Positions 10,008 through 19,290 of a stretch of 48,730 nucleotides of DNA are shown in pieces. Within the stretch, counting starts at the first letter, position 1. Each line of letters begins with the position of its first letter. The position numbers and the translations under genes are program-made. Origin of the DNA: Candidatus Eiseniibacteriota bacterium (GTDB lineage: Bacteria > Joyebacterota > Joyebacteria > Joyebacterales > Joyebacteraceae); the NCBI GenBank assembly GCA_043819135.1, contig JBDRFG010000011.1, positions 1 through 48,730 of the forward strand. The letters run 5' to 3'. The notes under the pieces were generated by a model. That model saw nothing but the letters and a program-made list of their open reading frames with translations. It did not search any database and was not told where the DNA came from.

Positions 10008-10087
10008 ATCTCCAACCGCCTGAGGAGACCGTCGTTGGACGGGGGCGCCCGGAGAAGCTCAGCTCTCAATACGTAGGGAGGTTCGTC

Positions 10088-11374
10088 ATTAAGAACAGAT
10101 TCGTACCGAAGAACGAGCGCGCGATCCTCGTGGGCGTCAGCCTTCCCAGCACCACGGTCGAGGACGAGTACGAGTCGCTCGACGAGCTTGAGCAGCTGGC
10201 CCGGACGGCCGGAGCGATGGTCGTCGACCGTTTCGTTCAGAACCGCACGCGCCTGGACGGGAAGACATACGTAGGCAGTGGGATGGTGGAACGCATCTCG
10301 GCGGCCGCCGAGATGCACGAGGCCAATCTGTTGATCTTCGACGACGACCTGAGGCCCTCGCAGGGCAGGGAGATCGAGAAAGCCACGGAGATCAAGGTCA
10401 TCGACAGGACCGAACTCATCCTCGACATCTTCGCGCGTCGCGCCCGGACGAAGGTGGCGCGGGCTCAGGTCGAGCTCGCACAGCTCGAGTACGAGCTGCC
10501 GAGGCTCAAGCGGTTGTGGGATCACCTGGAACGGCTGGAGGGAGGCATAGGCACCCGCGGTCCGGGTGAGACGCAGCTCGAGTCGGACAGGCGTAACGTC
10601 AGGGTCCGCATCCAGATACTGAAGAAGGTGCTGAAGGGCGTCGAGATAGATCGACAGGAGCAGCGCAAGCGCCGCGAGAGAATGGTCCGTGTGGCGCTGG
10701 TCGGCTACACGAACGCCGGCAAGTCGACACTGATGAACGCGTTGTCCGGAGCGGACGTTCACACCGAGGACCTGCTGTTCGCGACGCTGGATGCGACCAC
10801 CCGCAAGATCGAGCTTCCCGGCGGACACCAGGCGCTCCTGACGGACACCGTCGGGCTCATCAAGAAGTTGCCTCATGACCTCGTCATCAGTTTCCACGCT
10901 ACTCTCGAGGAGGTCGCCGACTCAGACCTGCTTCTGCACGTGGTCGACGTGTCACGCCCGCACTGCGAGCGGTACATGGACCTCGCCGACAGCGTTCTCA
11001 AGGAGATGGGGGTACAGGAGAAGCCCACGAGGATCATCTTCAACAAGACCGACTGCGTCCACGACGGTGAGGGGCTCGCGAGGCTGGGGCGGGTGTACCC
11101 CGGCGCGCTCTTCACGAGTGCCGTGAACAGGGATGGATTGGAGGAGGTCCGCCGCGCCATCTGCGCGTTCGTGGAGGGCATGGAGGAGGTTTTGGACGTC
11201 GCCATTCCGTACAGCGACGGACGCCTCATCTCGAAGATGTACGAGATGGGGGAGGTGCTGTCGAAGACGGACGGCGAGGAGGCCTTCGAGATGAGGGTGC
11301 GCGTGCCGAAGGCCGACGCTGACCGGCTCCGCAAGCTCGGCGTCGTGGTGGAGCCGGGAGGCGGCCGGGCGTGA
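10088..11374 (+). CDS. hflX: GTPase HflX (probable ATT start)
   Basis: ERAILVGV, DRTELILDIFA, GPGETQLE, GYTNAGKS (G1), DTVG (G3) and NKTD (G4). The start codon is inferred; see findings. Confidence 0.93.
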   Translation: MKNRFVPKNERAILVGVSLPSTTVEDEYESLDELEQLARTAGAMVVDRFVQNRTRLDGKTYVGSGMVERISAAAEMHEANLLIFDDDLRPSQGREIEKATEIKVIDRTELILDIFARRARTKVARAQVELAQLEYELPRLKRLWDHLERLEGGIGTRGPGETQLESDRRNVRVRIQILKKVLKGVEIDRQEQRKRRERMVRVALVGYTNAGKSTLMNALSGADVHTEDLLFATLDATTRKIELPGGHQALLTDTVGLIKKLPHDLVISFHATLEEVADSDLLLHVVDVSRPHCERYMDLADSVLKEMGVQEKPTRIIFNKTDCVHDGEGLARLGRVYPGALFTSAVNRDGLEEVRRAICAFVEGMEEVLDVAIPYSDGRLISKMYEMGEVLSKTDGEEAFEMRVRVPKADADRLRKLGVVVEPGGGRA

Positions 11375-11449
11375 CGCGGAGGGCGCCCGGAGTGAGGCCG
11401 AGGACGCCCGGAGTGAGCGACACGCGCCTCACTAGCCTGGCCGTGTCGT

Positions 11450-14400
11450 TCAGGAGCGGGCGATGAGACCCGCCAGGTCTCGCGCCGTCTCCTGGTCGAA
11501 CTTCATCCGGAGGCGCACGAACGGACCGCGTTCGCTGTGCCCTGATTCCGCGAAGTCCCGGTCCTCGAACCCCGTGAAGCTGTAGCCAACGCCGAGCCAC
11601 GCGTTGTCGACGATGTTGTATCCGACCGACGCGTCCGCGCAGTAGTCGAACTGACGCGAATTCCACGAGTGCAGCGCGCTCCCGCGCACCCCGACGTCCC
11701 ATCGCTCTCCGATGTCCCTCCTGAGTTCCAGGCCGACCAGGTCGGTGTATCCGTCGTGGGATATGCCGTCGATGTCTGTGAGCGTATACCTCGCGCCATA
11801 CTGTGCGGACACTTCGTATCCTTCGCCGGGACTCCAGTTCGCGCTCGCGTTGCCCACGATGCGTCCGGGATCACAGTCCGGATCTTCGCCGCCACCATCC
11901 TCGAGAATGAGGTCTACGCGGCAGAGCAGGGCAAGCGTCGTTCGTTCAGGTCGGAGCGCGAGCCCGAATCGCAGGGCGGCGTCGGCGTGATCCGGGAGGT
12001 CGACCGGGGAGGACCTGAGGATCCGGGCGGAGAGGGACAGTCCCAGCCCGGGCGCGGGTTCCCCGTGCACGCCGGCTACCACGGCCAGCCTGTCCTCGCG
12101 GCTCGAAGAGCGGCGCTCCACGCGGGAGTTCCAGGACGCTCCAGTTCCGTGGTAGGCGACTCCGAGCGACATCGCCGTGAAATCACCGCCGTCCGGGGCG
12201 GCGAGCCCGGCAGGATCGGCCGAAACGCTGTCGGCCCCCGACAGCGTTCGGCTGTCTTCCAGCCCGACATCCACGTTCCAGTTCTCCCGCGGCCGCCACG
12301 TCTGTCTGACGCCGAGGTTCGCGAAGACACGGTCCGCCCTCTCGACGTAGTGCCGCCCGAGCGAGGCGTCCACCTGTCCTCCGGACCACGGTCTGGCCTT
12401 CGCTCCCGCCCTCGTTCGCGCGCTCGTCCTCTCTTCTCCTTCTGACAGCTCGTGCTCTGCGAACAGCGTCAGTGGTACCGCGAGCCTGTAGTCAGTGCCG
12501 ACCGTCGTGCGGGTGGGGAAGTCCGGGTTGGCGTTCATGCCCGGCAGGGACTGCTCGCGGTCGACCCTGAGCAGCATGCGTTCCCCGAGAACCCTGTAGC
12601 TGCCGCCGGCGGTCAGCTGCTGCGAGGCTCTCTTGGCTCCGCTCTCGAGCGCGTCCTCGGCGTGCCTGAAGCCCGCCCGAAGCGTGCCGCGTCCGCGCGA
12701 CAGGTGAGCGTCGGCCTCGCCGACGTCGCGGCGCGCATCGGACGCGAGATCATAGCGGCGGTACGCCTGCCCGTTCAGCCTGAACGTCTCGGTGAACCTG
12801 TGAGAGACCTCGACTCCCATCTTGCGGGTTCCGGCCTCCGCCGCGTTCTGGTGTCCGAGTCCGAACCCCGTCCCGAGCTCGCGCGCGTATGCCCTCCCGT
12901 CCAGTCGTCCGGAGCGGTGTCGCAGCTCGACCAGGTATGCGTCCGCCCCAACGGGCTCGAGTTCGACGTGCTTCTCGCTTCGCGCGAACTCCGCCGCAAG
13001 TGTCGTGTTCGGTCCGAAGTCGATCGCAGCGTCCGCGCCGACGAGAGTGTCGTCCCGGTTCCCGTGCCCCTCGCGGACGTAAGTGCCTCCGATCTCGACG
13101 GCCCTGTCGAAGAACCGCACGGCGGCGCGTCCCCCGTACACCCACGACCTGTCGCGCGCCTCGTCGGACTCGAAGTCGACCACCACGTACACGGGGTTGA
13201 GTCCGGCGTCCATGCTCGGCACAGGTTCCATGAAGAAGAGCGTTCCGTTGCCGTAGTCGATGTCGTAGTCGCGGTGGCGTGTCATGACCCTGGTCGCTAT
13301 GACGTCGTTGCTTCCGAGCCGGTCGCGGGTCTCGATCGACACGCTCTCCGAGTTCATCATCACGCTTCTTCGGGAGAGCCGATAGAGCCCCGAGGTCCCG
13401 TCGCCCCGGATCTCGTCTCTGATGAACACCCGGTTGGTCTCGCTGGCGAACACCGTAAGCCCGACGTGTTCGGTGTCGATCCCGGACTTCAAGCCGTTCA
13501 TGGCCCGGCTGTAGCGGGACAGCTCCGTGACCGTAAGGCCGGTCACGTAGTCGCCGTGCAGCGCGTAGAACTCCTCTCGCTCGAGCCTGACGTAGAGCTT
13601 CCCCGTGCTCGGGGCGTCCGCCGTCTGCTCGGTCGCGTCACCGTAGAGCGTGTAGTACGCGTCCGGGTCGACCGTGCGGAAGAGCGCCTCGTCGCCATCG
13701 CTCCTCTCGCTGTCGTAGGAGAGCGTGAGCAGGCAACGCCCCGGGACCATGCCTCTGGCGAAGAACGCCACACGCCCTTCCTCGTAGTAGTTGTTCCCCT
13801 CGTGGTCCAGGGCCTCGGCGTGATCGACGACCGTCCGGTGCCCCAACGTCCCCTCCGCGAGCCCGACGAGGATCCAGTCACGTTCCTCAGGTCTCAGCCA
13901 GGCGCGAAGCTCGTGTTCCCCGTTTTCCAGGTGGAGCCGCAGGACCACCTCCCCGGACGCCGACGTGGGTTCGAGCCTCACGAACGCGATCCCCCTCTCC
14001 CGGATAGCGAAGGTCGCGTCGTCCTCGTTCTCTCCGGCCGGCCGCTCCCTTTCGGGTGATTCGCGGTCTCTCAGGGGGGCGTAGGGCGGGTCGACTGACA
14101 GCGTCCCCAGAACTCCCGCGCGGGCCGGGTGCCCGTCCCTGTCCGTGAGCCGGACGGCCAGCACGGGTGCGTTCCTGCCGTCGGCGACCGCGAACGATTC
14201 GCCGGATATCAGCTCGGCGTGAACGGGCGGGCCTGAGTAGTGAACGGTCCTCTCGATGGTGCCCACCTTCGCGCCGCGCCCGTCGACGGCGGTCACGACG
14301 AAACGCGTGTCTCCTTCGTCCAGGTCCACGCCGCTCCACCGCGTCACGGCCACCGTGCCGTCCGCGTTCTCGACGGTCCCGTCGAAGGCGCGCGGGCCCA

Positions 14401-16528
14401 CCACGACTCCGTTCATCGAGAGGGTGAGGCCGTACGCCGGATCGTGCCTCACCTCCACGCGGACGCTGGGGATGTCGGGGTGTGCGCCCGGCTCCGGCGA
14501 CACCCATACGAGACCGGGCGTGAGCGTTTCGGGCGGGGTCTCGCACCGCCCGTCGACGGCCCGGCCGCCCTCCTCGCCCGTGCCGCCTGATTCGGGCGGG
14601 TGGCCCGCGGTGGCCGACGCCGGTGGGAGATCTGCGGTGGCGGACGCCGGTGGGAGATCTGCGGTGGCTTGCGCCGGGGGCAGGCTTGCCGCGGGCACGA
14701 TCCGGAAGTCGGCCCGTCTCAACGCGCCGCCCGCGAGGTCGAGGAAGCGCGAGAACGTCCGGCCGGCGAGGCGACTGTCCTGTCTCTGCGGGGACGCCTC
14801 GTACCTCTCCGGGAGGCTCTCGAGGTCGAGCTGCACGACGTGAAGCCCGGCGCGGACCGCCTCGAAGTGGTACATCCCGCGCCCGTCAGTCACAACCGAG
14901 GTTCCGTCCTCGAGGTAGACGCGGACGCCCGCCACGCCGCGGCTGTTCGTTTCGCCAGTACCGGTGGCGCCACCGCCCGATCGTCCCTGTTCCGTCACGC
15001 GGCCGACTATGACGCCCGTGCTGCGGAACAGGTCCTCTCGGACCTCCACCGTCGCCGTGGCGGTGTTCGACGTGACGAGACCCGCCGCCCGGGCAGAGGC
15101 GCTGTTGACGGCCGCGCCGGGTCTCGCGCCCGCGGCGATCTCCACGACATATCCCACGGTCGCGACATCACCGCCCGCGACCTGCCCGAGCTCGAAGGTG
15201 AGGGTCCTGCCGTCACCGGATATCGCGGGGTCGGGGGCGCTCCGACCGGCGAAGGTCGCCGAGCCGGGCTGATAGCGGAACCCGGCAGGCAATCTGTCCT
15301 CGAGGAAGGCCTCTTCGAACTCGCCGGATGTCAGATTCGTCAAGCCGAGGTCATAGCGAAGGAAATCACCGACACACACGTCGCCGCGCGTCGCCGACTT
15401 GGTCAGGAACAGGGAATCGGCGCCCTGTGCGACCGGGTCCACCGGATAGTCCATGCGGAATCCGGGACGGTCGTCGAGCACGAACGGCTCTCCCCTCGAG
15501 CCCGGTTCCGCAATGAGGACCGGGCCGTGCCCCGGGATCTGTATCTCCGGAAGCTCCTCGGTCGGGACCGTCGACGGGGCCGTGTGGCTGGGAGGCGGGG
15601 ACACGTCAAGCCGGTACCGGCCTCGCGGCACGAACGGGAAACGGAACTCGCCGGAGGCAAGCTCATAGACGGCGCCACCGCCGTCCGTGACCTGTCCACC
15701 GGTGGTAATTACCGCCGGGAAGAGCGATTCACCGTCATCACCGTAGACGGTCGCGGGGCTCTCCGTGTCCGCATCCATGAGCGTGACCACCGCTCCGTCG
15801 ATGGGCATTCCTGTCCGGCTGTCGAACACGTGGCCCGATGGACTGACCAGGGCGGCGAGGCTCGTGACGTCGGTCGGGTCCGTGGAATCCTCATATCTGA
15901 CATCGACCTTCCGGTCTTCACCCACGCTGAGGAACCCGTCGTGCCCGCGGGCGCCTCCTCCCGGGATAGCCAACCGGACATAGCCCACGAACGCACCGGA
16001 GTCATCCGCGGTCTCCGTGAGTCTGAGTCTCTCCCGATCGCCCGTCGACTCGTTGCTCACGGTCAGAAGGACGGTCTCGGCGAGAAGCGGGTCGCGGTTC
16101 TCGTCGCCGTCCGTGACTCGCAGGAACGCGGACTCCTGTCGGCTGTAGAAGTCCGTGGGCACCAGACGCACCGGCCCCGTCAGATCGAGGGGCTCGCCGG
16201 ACCAGGGGTCCCTCGGCTCAGGCGAGAGCGCAAAGGGACCCTCGTCGTTCCCCGTGGTGCTCCAGAATGTCGGTGGAACGGACAGTGCCTCCGCAGACGA
16301 GTTCGATGGGGCGTACGCGAGCACGTCGAGCGCGGACGGTGTCGGCGTGGGCGCGGTCGTGACCGTCACCTCGTTGGACATGGACACCAGTCCGCCGACC
16401 CCGCCGGATCCGTAGCTCCCCGTCGCCACGTTGGCGATCACGGTTCCCGGGGGAACCGCCCCCGCGCAGATCTGCGCGAGCGCGAGGATCGCGCTGACGA
16501 CGCTGATGACAGCGTGCCTGCGGTACAT
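11450..16528 (-). CDS. Large secreted DUF11 protein with C-terminal predicted outer-membrane beta-barrel (putative fibre anchor or assembly platform)
   Basis: Signal peptide, N-terminal PGTVIANVATGSY strand, carboxypeptidase-regulatory/SdrD-B-like segments, one complete DUF11 domain, a Pro/Ala linker, and a long C-terminal region of amphipathic strands ending FVRLRMKFD. The start could alternatively be TTG 16540. Confidence 0.8.
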   Translation of the reverse strand: MYRRHAVISVVSAILALAQICAGAVPPGTVIANVATGSYGSGGVGGLVSMSNEVTVTTAPTPTPSALDVLAYAPSNSSAEALSVPPTFWSTTGNDEGPFALSPEPRDPWSGEPLDLTGPVRLVPTDFYSRQESAFLRVTDGDENRDPLLAETVLLTVSNESTGDRERLRLTETADDSGAFVGYVRLAIPGGGARGHDGFLSVGEDRKVDVRYEDSTDPTDVTSLAALVSPSGHVFDSRTGMPIDGAVVTLMDADTESPATVYGDDGESLFPAVITTGGQVTDGGGAVYELASGEFRFPFVPRGRYRLDVSPPPSHTAPSTVPTEELPEIQIPGHGPVLIAEPGSRGEPFVLDDRPGFRMDYPVDPVAQGADSLFLTKSATRGDVCVGDFLRYDLGLTNLTSGEFEEAFLEDRLPAGFRYQPGSATFAGRSAPDPAISGDGRTLTFELGQVAGGDVATVGYVVEIAAGARPGAAVNSASARAAGLVTSNTATATVEVREDLFRSTGVIVGRVTEQGRSGGGATGTGETNSRGVAGVRVYLEDGTSVVTDGRGMYHFEAVRAGLHVVQLDLESLPERYEASPQRQDSRLAGRTFSRFLDLAGGALRRADFRIVPAASLPPAQATADLPPASATADLPPASATAGHPPESGGTGEEGGRAVDGRCETPPETLTPGLVWVSPEPGAHPDIPSVRVEVRHDPAYGLTLSMNGVVVGPRAFDGTVENADGTVAVTRWSGVDLDEGDTRFVVTAVDGRGAKVGTIERTVHYSGPPVHAELISGESFAVADGRNAPVLAVRLTDRDGHPARAGVLGTLSVDPPYAPLRDRESPERERPAGENEDDATFAIRERGIAFVRLEPTSASGEVVLRLHLENGEHELRAWLRPEERDWILVGLAEGTLGHRTVVDHAEALDHEGNNYYEEGRVAFFARGMVPGRCLLTLSYDSERSDGDEALFRTVDPDAYYTLYGDATEQTADAPSTGKLYVRLEREEFYALHGDYVTGLTVTELSRYSRAMNGLKSGIDTEHVGLTVFASETNRVFIRDEIRGDGTSGLYRLSRRSVMMNSESVSIETRDRLGSNDVIATRVMTRHRDYDIDYGNGTLFFMEPVPSMDAGLNPVYVVVDFESDEARDRSWVYGGRAAVRFFDRAVEIGGTYVREGHGNRDDTLVGADAAIDFGPNTTLAAEFARSEKHVELEPVGADAYLVELRHRSGRLDGRAYARELGTGFGLGHQNAAEAGTRKMGVEVSHRFTETFRLNGQAYRRYDLASDARRDVGEADAHLSRGRGTLRAGFRHAEDALESGAKRASQQLTAGGSYRVLGERMLLRVDREQSLPGMNANPDFPTRTTVGTDYRLAVPLTLFAEHELSEGEERTSARTRAGAKARPWSGGQVDASLGRHYVERADRVFANLGVRQTWRPRENWNVDVGLEDSRTLSGADSVSADPAGLAAPDGGDFTAMSLGVAYHGTGASWNSRVERRSSSREDRLAVVAGVHGEPAPGLGLSLSARILRSSPVDLPDHADAALRFGLALRPERTTLALLCRVDLILEDGGGEDPDCDPGRIVGNASANWSPGEGYEVSAQYGARYTLTDIDGISHDGYTDLVGLELRRDIGERWDVGVRGSALHSWNSRQFDYCADASVGYNIVDNAWLGVGYSFTGFEDRDFAESGHSERGPFVRLRMKFDQETARDLAGLIARS
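14607..14687. repeat. 27-bp tandem repeat (about 3 copies) encoding an LPPASATAD linker
   Basis: gcggtggc(c/g)gacgccggtgggagatct occurs twice, followed by a degenerate third copy. Confidence 0.85.
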
Positions 16529-16612
16529 GCTGAGCCCCAATGGTTCTCGCCGCCCGTCGCGTCTACGCGGGACCGGCGTGTCCCCTTTCGACCCGCGTGT
16601 CGACCCGCACTC

Positions 16613-17671
16613 CTAGTCGACCGTGACGTCGAACGTGACGGTCGCGCTGCCGCCTGCGGCAAGAGTCGCGAGAGTGACGGTAATGGCGGAGGAGTTCGTG
16701 ACGTTGTAGTCACCCTCATCCGCGTCGACGCCGTCGGTCAAAGGCGAACCGTCGAGGATCATCGTTCCGGCGGAATACGTCGTGTTCGTCGGAGTGGTGT
16801 CGACGATGACCACGCTGGTGGCGCCGGCCGACCCCGTGTTGCTCACGGTGATCGTGTAGCGCACCGTGGCTCCGGGGATGGCCTTCGGGTTGACGGCGCC
16901 GTTGATCGGATCCGTCACCACGCTCGACGACTTGGCCACGCCGATCGTTGCCGTGACGACAAGGTACGCGTCCCTGCTGGAGTGCTGCCCGTCGTACAGC
17001 GCGTCTGCGGTCCCGGCGCCGTCGGCGAAGACGATCTCGACGGTCGCCGGATTGTCGGCGATGCCGCTGTCGTCAGACGTGACGTCGGCGCCCTGCGTGC
17101 CGGGAACTCCTCCCTCGGCCGTCTGGGCGACGAGATCGTACAGCGCCCCGTCGTCGTCGATCCTGGCGAGAGGGATAGAGCCGACGACGAAGACACCGAC
17201 AGAATCGTCGGCGATCAGCTCGTCGATGTAGCTCGCCGTGTCCGTTGCGGGCTCGTAGATGCCGTTACCGTTGCCATCGACGAACACCTGGACGCCGGTC
17301 GCGTCAAAGTTGTCGGTGGCTCCTCCCCAGGTGCCCGAGGCGACCTGCGCGGTCAATGAATAATCCTGTGTCGTGTTGCCGTCGTTCGTGACGGTGAACG
17401 TCAGGACCTGCGAGCCGGCGCCGGGAACAACCACCACCGCGGCGACGTCGTTCGTCGACACCGTCAGGTCGATCCTGTTGTCGACGACGAAGCTCACGAT
17501 GTCCGTGACGGGTGTCTGGTCTACTCCGCCCACCTGATAGTCGATGGTCGCCGTGTTGTCCACGCTTGTGCCCGAGGCAGTACCCGCGGCCTGCGCCGTG
17601 AGCGACAGGCCCACAACAAGCACTCCGGCCAATAGCGGGCTCACAAGACCCGCGACGGTGCAACGTTTCAT
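16613..17671 (-). CDS. Secreted DUF11 protein, putative major pilin
   Basis: Strong RBS GAGGAGG, signal peptide ending TAQA, mature AGTASGTSVDNTATIDY, a middle Ig-like domain with DGNGNG, and C-terminal DUF11 (VAKS...PGATVRYTITVSN...VDTTP) ending VTFDVTVD. Confidence 0.8.
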   Translation of the reverse strand: MKRCTVAGLVSPLLAGVLVVGLSLTAQAAGTASGTSVDNTATIDYQVGGVDQTPVTDIVSFVVDNRIDLTVSTNDVAAVVVVPGAGSQVLTFTVTNDGNTTQDYSLTAQVASGTWGGATDNFDATGVQVFVDGNGNGIYEPATDTASYIDELIADDSVGVFVVGSIPLARIDDDGALYDLVAQTAEGGVPGTQGADVTSDDSGIADNPATVEIVFADGAGTADALYDGQHSSRDAYLVVTATIGVAKSSSVVTDPINGAVNPKAIPGATVRYTITVSNTGSAGATSVVIVDTTPTNTTYSAGTMILDGSPLTDGVDADEGDYNVTNSSAITVTLATLAAGGSATVTFDVTVD

Positions 17672-17751
17672 CTTGTCCTCCTCTTGCATGGTTACCTGCG
17701 GTTCGTGGTTCCGTTGATCAGCCGTAACATCCCGTGAAGCACCTCCGGCGC

Positions 17752-18237
17752 TCATTCGAGACGCGCCCTGAATCCGACCAGACCCTCCTCGCTCGGCGGC
17801 AGCGTGGCATCGAGCGTCCAGCGAATGTGCGTGTACTCCGACGGAGTCGCCGGCCTCTCGCCGGCGGCGCCGTCCGGTACCAGGAGTTCTCCCGGCGCAG
17901 CGAAGACCATCCCGCCGTCTACCGAGTAAGTGACGGCGGTCCCGTTGCCGGATGCGCTCCCCACCATGTAGGTCATGTGGTCGGGAACCGGATTGGTGAT
18001 GACGACGTTCTCAGCCGTCTCGACACCCGTGTTCGAGTAGTAGATCGTATATATGACCTCGTCTCCGGGAACGACCCTGGACGCCTCAATGCGCCTCAAC
18101 TCCGGCCGCCCCTCGCGATCCAGCACCTCGATCTCGGTCTCAGCGACCGTTCGAAGCTCGACCGACCGGGTCTCGACGGCTTCCACCGCCGTCGAGCCGG
18201 CCAACACGATCGCAACCAGCATCAAGCCGATCCTCAT
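17752..18237 (-). CDS. Small secreted single-DUF11 protein (putative chaperone or accessory subunit)
   Basis: Signal peptide and PGDEVIYTIYYSNTG...VITNPVP...YTHIRW...VGFRARLE. Confidence 0.78.
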   Translation of the reverse strand: MRIGLMLVAIVLAGSTAVEAVETRSVELRTVAETEIEVLDREGRPELRRIEASRVVPGDEVIYTIYYSNTGVETAENVVITNPVPDHMTYMVGSASGNGTAVTYSVDGGMVFAAPGELLVPDGAAGERPATPSEYTHIRWTLDATLPPSEEGLVGFRARLE

Positions 18238-18264
18238 CGCCTACCCCCTTTCGTTCCTGCCTCT

Positions 18265-19290
18265 CTAGTTAATGACCACATTGAAGCCGACACTCTGCGT
18301 GGGCGCGCCGGCCGCGACCTCGCCCACTGCCACTGTCACCGTATTGAAAGTCGTCACTCCCACGTCGCCCGCATCACCGTCCGCGCCGTCGGTAAGAGGC
18401 ACACCGTTGAGCGAGAGCGTTCCCGGAAGGTAGGTGGTGTCTTCCGGCACGGGGTCCGTGACGACGACATCGCGCGCCGTACCCGAGCCGACGACCGTTA
18501 TCGCTATCGAGTAGAAGATCGCCGCTCCCGGCACGGACTCGGTTCCGCCGAAGGCGTCCACAACGGTCGCCGACTTGACCAGCAACACCGCCACGCTCGT
18601 GACCGCGTAGGTGCCGACGGCACTCGCCGTTCCACCGGTCTGACCGATGACGGCGTCCGCCCCGCAGTCTCCACCCACCCCCGGTATCACGGTCCCCGGC
18701 TCGCCCGCGCCGATGTCTGAAGCGACGGTCAACCCGCTTCTGCCGGTGTTCCCGGTGACCGCGTCGCTCGGGATGTCGTTGAGCACGAACACGGTCATCG
18801 ATTCGTCTGGCGAGAGCGTCGGGTTGTCGAACGGCTCGACGTACGGGACGTCGAGCTCGGGTTCGAACAGGCCGTTGCCGTTCGCGTCCAGGTACACGCC
18901 GACGAGAAGCGGGTCGAAGTCGTCTCCCGGCAGCGCGCTCTGACCGGAGAGCGTGTATGAGTCGGGTCCGTTCCCGGTGTTCGTGAGGAGGAACGTCAGG
19001 ACTCTCGATGAGTCGCCGGGGCGGACCGTCACGTGCGAAGCGTCCTGCCAGACGACATTGACGTTGGTCAACTGAGCCACCGTCGTCGCCGCGACGTTGC
19101 TGTGCTGGGTGAAGCTGCTTGAGGCCACCGTGTAGGTGGCGACCGCCTGATTGATGATCTCCGTGCACGACGGAGTCCCGTCGGCGGCCGAGATCGCCGG
19201 CCAGATCAGTGCGGCCGCGACGACACCGGCGACCCGGGCCACAGCCAAGCGGCGACTGACGCCGCGTCCGCGTGAGACGGGGCCTCTCAT
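18265..19290 (-). CDS. Secreted DUF11 protein, putative minor pilin
   Basis: ATG 19290 overlaps the upstream stop (ATGA). Signal peptide, mature DGTPSCTEIINQAVATY, DANGNG, and C-terminal DUF11 (LVKS...VTDPVP) ending VGFNVVIN. Paralogous to 16613-17671. Confidence 0.8.
   Translation of the reverse strand: MRGPVSRGRGVSRRLAVARVAGVVAAALIWPAISAADGTPSCTEIINQAVATYTVASSSFTQHSNVAATTVAQLTNVNVVWQDASHVTVRPGDSSRVLTFLLTNTGNGPDSYTLSGQSALPGDDFDPLLVGVYLDANGNGLFEPELDVPYVEPFDNPTLSPDESMTVFVLNDIPSDAVTGNTGRSGLTVASDIGAGEPGTVIPGVGGDCGADAVIGQTGGTASAVGTYAVTSVAVLLVKSATVVDAFGGTESVPGAAIFYSIAITVVGSGTARDVVVTDPVPEDTTYLPGTLSLNGVPLTDGADGDAGDVGVTTFNTVTVAVGEVAAGAPTQSVGFNVVIN

Noticed and set aside
9836..10087. GTG start giving an 84-aa extended HflX
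   Set aside because: It lies 170 nt inside the LEA-2 gene, has no clear RBS, and the extension shows no HflX similarity.
11384..11417. Direct repeat cgcccggagtgag (two copies) between hflX and the DUF11 operon end
   Set aside because: Only two 13-bp copies with an 8-bp gap. Too short for CRISPR, and there is no matching site at the other end of the operon to suggest an att site.
14600..17359. 919-aa plus-strand ORF, and similar long ORFs at 12452-14059, 26568-28163, 45673-47631 and 21256-22323
   Set aside because: These are antisense or off-frame shadows of well-supported genes. They are Arg/Gly-rich with no motifs, as expected from high-GC codon bias.
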